A DNA stretch of 64,000 nucleotides from Epiperipatus broadwayi (taxonomy: Eukaryota > Animalia > Onychophora). The notes beneath the pieces were generated by a model. The model was not told the DNA's origin and made no database searches. It saw only the letters and a list, made by a program, of their open reading frames with translations. Below, piece after piece: positions 1 to 13,149 of the stretch. The stretch covers positions 18,910,001 to 18,974,000 of the forward strand of contig JAQFVV010000003.1 in NCBI GenBank assembly GCA_028023455.1. The letters are read 5' to 3'. Position numbers and translations under genes: made by a program. Each line of letters begins with the position of its first letter. Position 1 is the stretch's first letter.

Positions 1-2400
1 GTGAGAAAAGGTGAAACGAAGATCTGCAAAGCAAATCTTACTGTTTCAATATTAAGTGTATATTTTTGGAACCTGAAATTGAATATGGTCACAATTTCAA
101 ACCACTTAATATTAAAGTTGTTTGTGCTGAGCATAATGATCAAAAAGAAAATAAAAAGAGGTGTAGTTTATTGCAAATAACATCAATGCAATAAGCAAGA
201 AATATTCATGCATTGCATTATCATGTAAATGGTATATTTAAATTATTTAACTTATACATTCTGTTTATACAAACCTATATTAGATCTATAAATATGACCG
301 ACCTGAACAAAAGCAGCACTAAGCTGTAATTTTAAATAAATTATAATCTTTTTAGCATAGTGTATCATCAGTATTTATTTTGTTATATTTAAATTAAGGG
401 AAGAAGAAATATTATTGAGTTATATTATTTTTATATTTGTTAACAACAAACTATTTATCACAGTAGCTCATATGAATATTTGAAATAATTTATTAAATTT
501 TAAATCTGCTTCAGGTATATAAATGAATATCAATATTTGAAAAAGAAAAAGCTTTATTGTTATTTACATCTATTATGAATTTTATAAAATAAATACAAGT
601 TATGTCAGAACTCAAGTACCAAATAAACGCTGTGTTGGAACTCAGAATCCATTATTATAATTTTATATAGACTGTGTTTTTTGTCCTACATTGTTATAAT
701 ATGGCTTACAAATCAGAAACAAAAAAGAATAGGTAGGGTTCCCATGTATACAATAATAATGCCCCATACTGGTCAGTGATAAAGATTTAAGGCCATAAAT
801 CCTGACAAGCCTTCAAGTGGTTATAGGATTGTTGGCAGATTACATTGATTTTCTTCAAAGAAATTGGCAACATTTTATAACTAGAAATGGAATATCAACC
901 AAACCACAAGCATTTATATAAGTTTGCACACATTAAAATACTTAGTAAATCATTGCCCTATACAGTTTAACACGACAACAGACTCAAAATCTAAAAGTCC
1001 CTGAACTAAAGCAAAACTTTAATCATTTTTGGTGCTTGAATGTCACATGATCTATTAAACAATCAAACATTCAATTACTTCAACACAGTTATATTAGATT
1101 CATTGTACTGCACAATGTATTTCTTAGTAGTACAAGAGTTGAATCAAGAGCTTAAGCTTGCTGAATTGATTCCAACTGTGAGATCAAAAGAATATTAATT
1201 TGATCAACTAAATGATTTTTATGCTCATCACATAATCTTCTGAACAAATTAACCTGTTTAGATAAAATTTCAGATTTTCAATTTGATAAGTAAAATAGAA
1301 TTAAAGATGGTTCCTGATACATATCTGTATTCCTTCCAACTTTGAATCCCAAACTTTATTGATAAAGATAAAAACAAGAAACTGATTTGAAAATGAAAAT
1401 TTAAATATTTATGATGGATCTGGTAATCACTGATTACTCATTTTATATTAAATACCATTCAAGTGGAGAGCTGCTCTTGTCTTTAATATTAGACAAACAA
1501 TGTGCCAGAAATTGAGATAGAAAGATAGACAATTTAGTAAATAAAAGAGAAAAATGATATAAAAATTAAAAAATATATGGCTAAAGAAATGCTAATGTTA
1601 TATCAAAATAAGATCAGCATTGAAGCAAAAATATTTATGAAAACAATAGAAGACATGATTTATTAAGTGTAAAGCAGAAAGTCTATTGACAAAAAAAATC
1701 TATGTATTAAAAAGTGGTGAAAAGATATAATTTATGAGTGTGAAAAAAAATATTAAAACATTTTTTATTACAATATAACAGTTTTAATAAAGATAGAGAA
1801 CAAATGATGAAATTGTGTAATAATGCATAGAAAGATTGTCAAAAAAGAATTGATGGGTTTTTTTAAAATATGGATGAGAAAAAAATCAAGAATAAAATAG
1901 CAAAGAAAACAAAGAGGACTTTTCAAAAAATAATAAGCAATAGAAATAAATAATGAGTTTTATGAATATAATGGATATATAGATTAATAGTAAATATCTG
2001 TTATGAGTGACTTCAGGTGAGGAGTAACTACAATTCATATTATGATTCTTTTTACTAATAAAAATAAGAGGTGAATATGTTACTTTATGTGTAGAAAAAA
2101 GAAAGAAGTTAGATATTAAATTTGTTTTTTTAAAAAAACCCAAAGATACAGGTATTGGTAACAAATATATTAAAAATGAGAATAATGAATGGAAAATAGA
2201 AAAATATAGCCTAGAAGAAGAGGAGCAATTAATAATAAAATACAATATAAATGGAAAGAAAAAAGTTAATAAAAAATAAGAATAAGATGAAAAAATTGGC
2301 ATTATTTCTTTGTAGTAGATTCTATGAAACAGTTTAGCTCTATATAATTTCATTTACAAGAGTGATGCAGTATACTATAATTTATAAATTATTGACAATT
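1..2400 (+). mobile_element. Highly decayed transposase-like remnant, possibly MULE/Mutator
   Basis: Broken + strand frames give FYIDCVF...YGLQI, PILVSDKD and ESCSC, loosely resembling the MULE DDE and SWIM motifs. The region is purine-rich and coding-like, with many stops. Confidence 0.3.
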
Positions 2401-2855
2401 TTAATTAAGATTCAAAAAGTAGAAAGATAGGTATATGAGCTGGGATCAATTTCCACTTATGGAAAGTGAAGTGAAAAAAAACAACAACTTGTTTAAATAA
2501 TTGTAGTTCAGCCCATCACTTTCGTGCTTAAATGTCACTTGACCTCCCAAAAAACTGACTACAGAATTATATGAATAATTTTAAAATATGTTATATTTTC
2601 AGATTAATTTGTGATTTTTTAAGAAATAATTTATTGTACAATAAAGTTGTAAAGGACAACTGATATTACATTCACAGCAATTATAACAAATATTGTTAAA
2701 TTTGAATTTCCTAAATACAAATGATATCCATAGATTATCAAATTATAATCATTGCATTTACATGATTCTAAATGAAATAACAATCAATGCAGCCTGCATG
2801 GTTTGGTGCAATGGTGTAGTTGTAGATTCTGGAGTTCAGGGTCTAGTATTATGGC

Positions 2856-5800
2856 CAGGACCGCTGAGGGAATTATTAAGTGCTGGAACAAGATTAATAT
2901 TCCCCCCATCCACCTACACATGGACAATAATGTCATAATTGTACATTTATTAATTACATTCAAACATACTTGCAAATATATTAAAAAGAGGACAGGTATT
3001 TCTGTAAAAGATAATAAAAACAATAATACCCATTAGTATATAAACAATAATGAAAAAATATAAGTAATGAATTTAATACTAAACTGATTATAAGGTCATA
3101 ATAGTTATTATAGTTGAGATGTAATGGCATTTATATTCTGCTAAACAAAAATGCTTTCCTAATCTTTTTCTGACAAAATTGTGAATCATGTCATCAAAAT
3201 CAATCGTTTTTGCAAGATCAGACTCGATCCTGAGTCTTGCTGAATCTACCAGTCACCCCTGTGACATAGTTAATCTTACTTAATTTTTTATCAGCTTTAG
3301 TTTATTGAATGAGTGCTCTGCAGAGGAGACAGTGGCAGGAATTGTTAATACAATATGAAGACAGACACTTATGTTTGGAAAGAGTCCTTTCAGCTTGTAT
3401 CTTTTCAAGCAATTCAGTAAGTTCAATGGACTCAGTTGGCCCTCCCCAAAATTTGCTTGATGAACAGATAGTAAATGACTTACCTCCATTACAAGAACTT
3501 CATTGATATCAGCAGAATATTGATCTGCTGGTAATTTTGATTTTTCTTTCAGTTCATCTTGAGGAATTGATAAGTACTTCCAGAGGAAGCAGAACTTCTC
3601 AGAAATATTCACTGCAATATTGAACAGTCAGTCCACCAATAACAATTGTCTAATATTGACTTTCTGAAATATGCTTCCTCAGGGGATTCATCATTTCATC
3701 TTGTTTTGAAAAATCTGCTTTTTCTGTAGCACCTTCATCATGGAACCTTTTTCTTTGCATTATTGCTTTGCACCAAGATCTAGAGAGTTTCACTTCTATG
3801 CATAAATTAGAAGCAACATACTTAGCTTCACTCCACATCCTTTTCCATCTTTTCTGAAGATTTGTCAGTTCTGAAATCAAGTTTTTAAGTTGGACACTTT
3901 GACATCCAGTGTTGCATTTCTGCAGTGAATAACCATTACAGATATCAACTGGAATATACTATGTATCATACAACAGACATCACTCTATAGCTTTGAAAAT
4001 CCTTCGAAAAGTGCTTTGGAAATAAATAAATAGAATAATAATATATATTTGAGTTTATGTGGGGATATTACTGTAGAATATTTGATTTTATTACATATAT
4101 AAACCACACAGTTCGTTATTTAACAGTTACAAATGAAGGATGTGACATAAGACAAAGTTCCATTAATCTCTGATCTTGTTTTGGCAGTTAGGTTCAACTC
4201 CAAGAGGGTTTCTAATGCTAATTTGATGCCTGGCATGTGAGTTACTATACTTTCAACATGGTCTAACCATCATGTGTTAGACATGCCATGAAGAAAACAG
4301 CCAATATATTTCTGCAAGGTTTACCATTACTGTGAACTAGAACTAAACAAGTTGCAAACAGTTTGTATAGTTCCAAAGTATGTTATGGCTTCAGGAATGT
4401 ATCCTGTGGGACCATTTCCACAGAAATTAAGTGTGTGCAATCCACATGGTAAAAATAAAGCTGTTTCACATTGCTTTTGTGCACCTTCATATTTTTCTGC
4501 CATGTTGGCTGCATTGTCATAGTCCTGAGCATGACAATACAACAATGATATATCATGTTCTTTCAATATTTTTATTATCATCTGTGCTATGTCATATCCT
4601 GTTTTATGGCTTGTGTAGACAAACTATAAAAATCTATCTACAATTTCATACTGGTTTTCATATGACATTACATAACACAAAAGAAATATTGTTTGTTCAA
4701 CATGGGGTAAATCTGTTCTGGAATCAACAATAACAGCAAAATAATTTGCAGTTTTCCTGTCCTTCAACATGTGTTGCTTTACAAGTGAGGAACATTCAGC
4801 AATTAACTCATTTTGGAATCGGCACTGAGATAAGATAATTGAAGTCATTCTACCTTTTCTTGTGACACTTTAACTTGCAACACATATTCTTTTAGAATTG
4901 GATCCCAATGAGACAGCAATTCTATGACTTCTAAAAAAATTTTCATTATCTTTTTCACCAATGCACTGGGAACTGCACCCAAAGCAAGTCTTCATTCACC
5001 AAGAAATAGTACAACATCAATGATTCATTTCATAATGTTGCACCACTTGACAGATTCTGTTTCAGTTGATGCCTCCAATAGACTGTCAATGCCTTTTCCA
5101 GATGACAGGTATCTTTCTAGTTTTTCCAAGCCAGATATCACTGCCCATGACTATTGCTTCTCTCATATTCAGGAATGTGAATACATCATTTTCACAATTT
5201 TTTAGCTGCTGACCATCCTTTTGTCGATGCAAGCATAGATTTAAATGCTGAGCTAATGCTGCAACAAAGCTTGTTCAAAAATAATCGATAAGGAAAGCAA
5301 AATAATGTTTGTTTAACTTCACTCCAGACAAGCCAATTTTCGTCATGTTTTTTACCATTTAAACTTCAACATGTTAGAATACTTTCAGGGAAAACCTAAT
5401 ATCTATATCTTTGGGAAATGTTTTAGAAAAGTCAGTATGACCTTTAATAACATAGTTTTCTATAACCAATTGAGAAGAAACCTCTGTTATAAGAAGTCCA
5501 ATATCAATTCCAGTATTTGACCTATTCTTTTCTTCATTATGTCTGCCATGCCCAGATTACATTCATTTCTCTAAATTCTTTAAATTGAGAATTTATTTGA
5601 TCTGATGTTTCTTGAAAAATCAAACTGGTCTCATGAGATTCTGACTTTTGTTTCAGTTCTGCACTTATCTCACATTATTCTGAATTTAAATGTTCATTTT
5701 GGTTAGTTTTGATTGTTTTGCATTTAATGCCAAATTGAACGAGTATTTGTCACCCCTTTTTATTAATCTCATCATATTTCTATTTTTTCTTCATTTTTGA

Positions 5801-6120
5801 GCTTCAGAATTTTGAGATAACATTTCATAACCATTTATAAACTGAAATGAAATATAAAATATATTCATAAACGAAATGAAACTAAACTTGCAAACTTAAA
5901 TAAATAAGTAATGAAATTAAAATTCAATAAATTACATAAATAACTGTTCACCGAGTGTTCTGATTAATAAAGGTTATGTCAAACAAGGCTGTAATGTGGT
6001 TTTGCTATTCACACAAACTATAGAGCATGAAGTATATATATCCAATAGTTTTTCTTTTTAAAAATGAGTTTCATGGCCCCGAAACAATATACCGACTGCA
6101 TCCCCCTCTCCTCAGACCTG
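2856..6120 (-). mobile_element. Defective hAT DNA transposon (ZMYM1-like transposase type)
   Basis: Minus-strand fragments include YFAVIVDSRTD..HVEQ (DUF4371-like), QDYDNAANM and CGLHTLN, plus the dimerization motif IPATVSSAEHSFNKLKLIKN. The ends are degenerate CAGG-starting TIRs, with near-matching 8-bp flanks attatggc / atcgtggt. Many stops and frameshifts are present. Confidence 0.85.
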
Positions 6121-7914
6121 ATCGTGGTCCAACTATTTTACTTTTGTCGCTCGTTCTTTATGAAGTTCCAAACAATAAAACCATTTGATCTATGTAGATA
6201 TAAGCAAAAACAAAACCATAACACATAGTTATTGATTGCCGAATTCATGGATATAGTGGTATAATTGAAGGTCTTAATAAACTACTAATTAATATATCTC
6301 CTGGCTGAAACTGATTCTTTTGTTTTGTTAAGCTATCTAAAAAAAAAAAATCATATGCTAAGTAAATAATGATAAAATAAGAACAAAAAACAAAACAACA
6401 ACCTAATATTATACAAGTGCTTATTACGCAATATATATGTATTTCTGATTACATACTGTTCATTGAGATTGGAGGACAGAAATAGCAAAAGAAATCAATG
6501 CCTTTTGATTTTTTCGAGTGCTACTTTATTATAGTTTTTAAATATATATTATTGAATTCAGCAAATATTTATTACAAAAAAGAAAAGAGTCACCTTCATA
6601 AAAAAATAATAATCTAGAAATAAATATATGTTTATAATTTTTTTTCATTTATTAGATGGACGAAGAGTAGTTTAGTTTCACAACATTTTTTATACAAAAA
6701 TTGATATTATTTTTTAATATACATGACACATTATCTTTAATAATAAGTATACTTTTTCTAGTTTTATGAAATTATTTATTTTTAATAAAGATTACCTCGA
6801 ATTCTTCACTGTTTTATGAGGGGGGGGGGACGGACACTACAACAGTTTATTGATATTTTTTTTATTCAGTTAGTTCGCCATAATGTGTTTACAAACATAA
6901 AAAGACGGGGGAGTGTGGGAGGTGATTGACCTGTTATGAACCTTTAGTCACATGCTTATAAAGTCTCGTGATAATTGATGGCTCCAACTCCTGCGCTTCG
7001 TTTGGCGTACTCTTCGTTTCCTAGATACGAAGAATTAATGATCTACAACAGGTCCTCTGTTGGTGACCTAAAAACACATTGAACCCGCTGTTTAGCATCC
7101 ATAGAAACATATAAATTAGCTGAAGTAAAAATGAATTTTAAATAGTTATTTTGTTTTCCATTTGCTTTTTAAAATTAAACAATGTTATTTATATATATCT
7201 TTAATTACTCTAAATACTTTGCACGCGTGTGTGATGTTATGTGCACGTTTGCAAAAGTTTTATTAAAACAGCTTTATTTTCAAATATATTGGGTAAGAGG
7301 AATTAAATATAATGAAAATAATCATCTCCAAGTAATTAATTTAGGAATATCTAATATTTATATAGATAATTACAGGCATAGAAAACATCATATGTAATAA
7401 AGTTAAAAAGCTTTGGTCCTGTTGTTGCCGTAAAAGGACTGAAATATCCACCAATCATGTTACAGATTCATTTAAACTCCATAGGTTTGCATCAAAAAGC
7501 AGCTTTCCTTCTCTGGCCATTCTTTTAATATAAAGAATGGCAATAATAATAATATTTAGAACAGAATGCGATATGTGTATTATATAAAATAATACACTTC
7601 ATTCATTTAATATAACAGCAATAAAGAATACTAAAAATTTGAATACATTGGAATCCCTCTCCCTTTAAACTTTCTTGCCATGCAAGATTTGTTTACACGG
7701 ACCAGCTGATGCACGAGTGTTTATTACTGAAAATGTCAATCATTTCTTGAACTTTAACCTTTAGAAGCAAAATTTCACATAAAAAATAATTCTGATATGA
7801 TTAAATGCATAATTGTAACTACAACTGTCTATAAAATGAATTAAATAAAATATTAAAAAATTCGAGAATATTAGAAAAAAAAAAGAAAAAGAGAATTTTC
7901 AATTTTTAAATAAC

Positions 7915-8077
7915 TGCAGGGGTGGAGTAATTGCGTCACATGATCGATGACATCACTATTGCTAGTATTCCTGATGTTCGCCATTATTGTTGTTCAGTGA
8001 GACTGACTATTTCAGGAGAAATTCTTCGACAAAATTCGCCGTTTTGTTCGTCATACAGGTACCTGGAGGTCGACACA
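7915..8077 (+). promoter_or_regulatory. UBE2H proximal promoter / 5' UTR
   Basis: CpG-rich segment just before the ATG. It has TTGCGTCA (ATF/CEBP-like) overlapping GTCACATGA (E-box, 7935-7943), TGACATCA, and an Inr-like TCAGTG near 7994. The TSS is inferred, not observed. Confidence 0.55.
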
Positions 8078-8130
8078 ATGTCTTCTCCAAGTGCTGGGAA
8101 AAGACGCATGGATACTGATGTAATCAAATT
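8078..8130 (+). CDS. UBE2H: Ubiquitin-conjugating enzyme E2 H, coding exon 1 (MSSPSAGKRRMDTDVIK-L)
   Basis: ATG at 8078 gives MSSPSAGKRRMDTDVIK plus TT, matching the known UBE2H N-terminus. The 53-nt exon is followed by GTATCCTTTT and joins exon 2 in frame (TT+A = Leu). Confidence 0.96.
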
Positions 8131-11100
8131 GTATCCTTTTCTCACATATTATTAAAGAGCAGTTTGGCCGAGCATTATAGTTCAATGTCGACTGTCAGAT
8201 TTCGTAAGCCAGGCCTAGGTTAAATGTTCACTGTTTGAGAGATTAGGTTCCCAGTGTACCATTATGTATATTTACAGTGTAATTGTTTTGATGACATAAG
8301 CAGAGGTGAAGCTGTTGTTAGATTAATGTTTTTTTAAATGACAATTTAATGTTTTAAATTAATATAGAATTTTTGTAAATGTTAGAAATAACATTATTAA
8401 TGCATTTGCGTTTTAAATTTTTTATGTAATATTTTGTAAAAAAATAAGATTTAAACGCTTAATGTCAAAAATTGAAAACTACATTCCAAAAAAGAAAATG
8501 GAATAGGTTTTATTCCATAAATGTATTATTTTATTTTATTAAATATCATTACAGTTGTATAGAAAATTAGTCTTTGTTTTACAGTTCGACCGAAGACCTG
8601 AACGTGATCCCTGCAGTTTTCCAGATTTTTTTTTTTTAATTCATTAACTATGATGGGATTTAAATGCTCATTAACATTTATATATATTTATTTAATAAAT
8701 AAAGAGAAAGAAAAATCTGTTTTTGTGGAATTAACATTAAAATTCTGTTAAGTATTGATGACGAATTGCAGGAAGTTGACGTTATCTGTGATGTCGAATG
8801 TTTTATCGAGATGATTTGCCATAAACGTTGACAACATAGCCAAGCTGGCGCAGTTGTACAATGTTTTTCAAACGTTATGTGAATTTTTTTTCGAATTTAT
8901 AATTTTTTCCTCCACATTCATTAGAGTTACATAATTTATTCATTCTATTATTTTACTAGCAGGATATAAATTCTTGAATCTCGTGTTACGACGGTTTTTA
9001 TTACTGTCATAAAAGTATGTTTGCTATCCATTTAAGCCATTAAAAAGAGCAAAATCGACTCCCGTGTCTAATTGTAATAAATCTTTTATGAAAATTTATT
9101 TTATTGTTGTTATATTATTTCTTGCTAGTTTAGTAATTTGTCCGAAATTTGATAATATTGTACCATTTTGTAATTATTATTATTATTTTTTATAAGGAGA
9201 AAAGGAAATAAATAAAACTAGTATTTTGTTATTAATTCCGTTGATTTGGATATTAAAAAGATAAAAGGAGCCCTTTATACCAGTATTTAGTCATTCATTT
9301 TGTTAGCTCTGATTTAGGACAATTAGAAATTGTTACGTTGTCAGAATTCTAATGATTTTTGATTGTTTAGTGATTTCAGACTTTCATTTTTTCTCTCTTT
9401 TTTTTTTGTTTGAGAAGAGGGGTGGGGTAGATTTAAATGGCAAAAAAATTATTTTAGTGACGTAAGTAGTTTCGAGGATTTGTTTATTGCTTTTGTTCTT
9501 TTGTATTATTATCTTATATGTATTTTATATGAATACTCATGTACAGTACAGATGTCAGCTGAGAGAGAAAACGTTGTATGCTATGGTTATATACCTTGAG
9601 GGAGGGTTTCTATTGATAGTCGAGATTGCTTGATCTTGATGGCTTTTTTCCCCGTACCCGTTTTTTTCATCCAATAGCTATTCATTTTTGGTGCCATTTC
9701 ACTTATGTAATTATACTCATAATTGACAAATATGTCGGCTGCATTCTTCTCTGTAAGAGATTAGTTTTTTTTTTAACCCCCTTTAGTGAAGGGAGAAAAA
9801 AATCTAATGAATTATGTCTGGTTAAAGTATTTTAGTTCCAGCTGATCTCTTGGTCACATGATATTTGTATCGGGCTTCCCAGCCGATACACTTCTGTACA
9901 TGGCTGCAGGGGTTGGGCTTTTTGAGAAAGTGTCCGGATTTGCTGTGACTAGAGAATTATCTTTCTTTCACATGTGGGCAAAGAAAATAGGTTTGTGAAA
10001 GGCCACGCAAAAACTTTGAGCAGGTGTAGAATCAAAGTATATCTTGAATATAGAAAATATTTAAAATTCAGAATTAAATGAAATATCTTAAATATTAAAA
10101 GTTAATTTAAACGTTTTTTAAAAATATAATTTTAGTAATGTATAATATTATATTATTTTAGATGAAAAGAAGGAAGTATTTTTTTTTTAATGTTCATATA
10201 AATTTATTTTAGGAATTATGTTACATTGTATTTTTCAATGTTTACATGCGAGCATACATATATCTATATAAATACAAGCATATATATATGTTAATGTTCA
10301 TCATATAAACATCATTATTTGTTTATGTATACTCAAATATAATCAGATCAAAAGTTATTGTGAATTTATATTTGTTGTTTTTTTTTTTAAAAAAAAACAA
10401 CTTTGAAAGTCTATCATATATTTTAAAAATAATTTCACTTATATATAAATTGCATAACTATAAGAAATGGTGATCATGTGATGTTTATTATCAAGTTTAA
10501 TGAATAATAAGCCATATAATTATTTTGTCTTTTTTTTCCTCTAGCTATTAAAATTAATGCAATAGTGAGTTTAGAAAAAATAGCACCATAATACAAATCA
10601 ACTTGTATTATACAATTTGTTTAGCATGTTTTGATATAATAAATTGTAAAAAGTGCAATAACTGACAGCATTTTGGAAGAATTAGATTATTGAAAATGCT
10701 ATTAGAAATTTTGATGATTTATACCTTAATAGCAAGCAGTATGTGAACTATATGGCCTTATTGTGTTACAAGTTTTAAAATGCTATTTAATATTTTAAAA
10801 AACATAACTTGGAAATGATTTCTGACTTGAGAATTTGTATACTATAAATATTTAGCAATATATTAATCATATTCAGAAGTGTTAATGATGAAACAAATTG
10901 AAGTTCAACATGCATATTAAGAGAAAAAAAGGAAAGATTGACCATTTATTTTTATTCAGTAAGTTTGAAATTGTTTTTTTTTTTTTTACAAATATTACTT
11001 GGTGATATATAAATAGAAAATACTGATAGTTGTGAAATAGTAAAAAAAATATGTAATCTTACTTTGTTGTCTTATTTCAAATCAAAAATTTTAGTGATAA

Positions 11101-11454
11101 GTATTTCTAAAAGTACACAATAATTTCATTTCTGATATAGGATATTTCTGTAATTATATTGCTATTTTATATCTTTTTGAAAATTTATATATATATATAA
11201 ACCAATTTTCAAAAAAGAGCGTTGATTTCATGTATATTATTATTATTATAGATAGTGAATAACATTGAGCATTAAAGAGATAATGTTTACATAGCTGCAA
11301 CTAGATACAGGAATTTTTAGTTTTTGAGTCTCTCACTTTGACCTATTAGACTAAGCTGCAGGGTATTTCAAATAATAAGATCCTTTTTTATTAATTCCCA
11401 AATCTTATTTTTGAAGTAAGACTGTTCATAACATGACCGAGTGATATAACTGAA

Positions 11455-12118
11455 CATCATCATCATCATCAACCATTATCAATCCACTGCCCCCTGCAGG
11501 ATGAAGGTCTCTCCAAGTTTAATCCATCTTATCCGATCTTTAGCTTCTCTTCTCCACAACACCCCTGCACATTTTCTTATTTCATCCATCCATCTCACAT
11601 GTGGTCTCTTTCTGGGTCTTTTACAATCTCTTGGAATCCAGTTTAAAATTTCAATTGTCCATCTATTATCATCTCTTCTAGCAATATGTCCAGCCCAACT
11701 CCATTTCAATCTTTTAATTTTTTCAATAAGGTCTGTAACACCTGTTTGTTGTCTTACCCATACATTGCGTTTTCGATCTCTTCTTGTTACTCCCAACATA
11801 CATCTCTCCATACTCCTTTGAGTGGTCTGAAGTCTCTGTATTGCTCTTCTATTAAGTGATCAAGTCTCAGATCCATAAGTAAGAACTGGTAAAACACATT
11901 TGTTAAAAACCATCCTTTTCAAACACATAGGCATATTTCCTTTTAGTATCAAGTTATTTCTACCAAAAGCACTCCAACCAAGTTTAATTCTATGATTAAT
12001 TTCCTCCATTATGTTTCCATCTGTATTAATAATCTGACCAAGGTATTTGTAACTATTAACTTCTTCTAATTCATCATAATCAATCTGAACATAATTATTT
12101 TCATTTAAGTATATCTTG
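11455..12118 (-). mobile_element. 5'-truncated RTE-clade LINE (3' end)
   Basis: Minus-strand frame YKYLGQII..EINHRIKLGWSAF..LPVLTYGSET..MERCMLGVTRRDRKRN..KWSWAGHIARR..RP..RW is a typical RTE C-terminus. It ends in a (GAT)n tail, read as catcatcat at 11455-11470. Confidence 0.9.
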
Positions 12119-13149
12119 AATTAAAATATTAATATTGCAACTGTAGGCATTTGAAAATATCTATGCATAATGTGAAAAAAAAATTAAAATTATTTGTTCA
12201 CAATGAAAAAAAAATTTTTTTAAACTAAACAGTTGTTATAAATTTTTTGGATAAATGTTAAGAGGCTAATTGTAACCTGAATCTTAAATTTGTTTTCAGA
12301 AACCTTATAATTGATTATTTTTTTGTGTGTATGATGGCATGCATTTGATTTATTGAAAGAGCACTTAATAGTATCGTATTTGAAAGATTCTAGGAAGTTT
12401 GGAAGCATGCATATTTGCCATCATGTATGATGCATTTTTTTTCCTACAAATACTTAAAAAATTTATTCTGAATCTTATACTGAAAGTTAATGTAATAATC
12501 CTAAGTATTTGACTAATAGATAGCAGTTTAAAATCCCAGAATGTATTAAATTGCTGCATTGTATATAAAATAATAAATGATTGGGGCGCAGTACTGTAAT
12601 TTCAGAAAATTATTGGTTTTTAATGAAGCAATATGCTAGGATTAACAACAGTTTAAATTACCAGTAATTCCCCTATCTATCACTAAATAATGATATTATT
12701 ATTTATTTTCAGTCATTTCTGACATTAAAGAAATATCAAAACTTAAAAAACGAAAAATAACAGTATGTTAAAGAAGCTTTCAAATTTTTTATTAAAACAG
12801 CTAAAATCAAAATAGTAAGAGCAAACTTTCTTAAAAAATTTTATAGGTGCATTTATTGAATTTGCATTTAGTTCATGAAATCTTTTATTTTATCTTTTAA
12901 TTCACATTTCATCTCTTTAAAAGATTGTAATTTCATATTTTAAATGCCACAAAACAAATTTGCAATAAAAATCTTTGTTTTTTTTTTAAAAAAAAGATCT
13001 TAGAACAGATCATAGATTAATTCAAGATAAAAACAGTAATTATATTTAAAAATACATCCTATTCTAAATATATGTTTTCTACCTAAAGGCAAATTAACTA
13101 GGTAGTACTACCAAGTAATAACAGTTAATCATTGTCACAACCCCTCTTA

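Noticed and set aside
1886-2353. 155-aa minus-strand ORF
   Set aside because: It is F/I/L/S/Y-rich, which is the expected antisense shadow of a purine-rich TE fossil. It has no domain or splice context.
7931-8155. 74-aa ORF overlapping UBE2H exon 1
   Set aside because: It starts at a non-ATG codon in the promoter/UTR and reads into the intron. The real CDS starts at ATG 8078 and is spliced at 8130.
11905-11925. AACCATCCTTTTC resembling the U4atac 5' end
   Set aside because: It is a short match within the RTE coding remnant, with no further snRNA structure.
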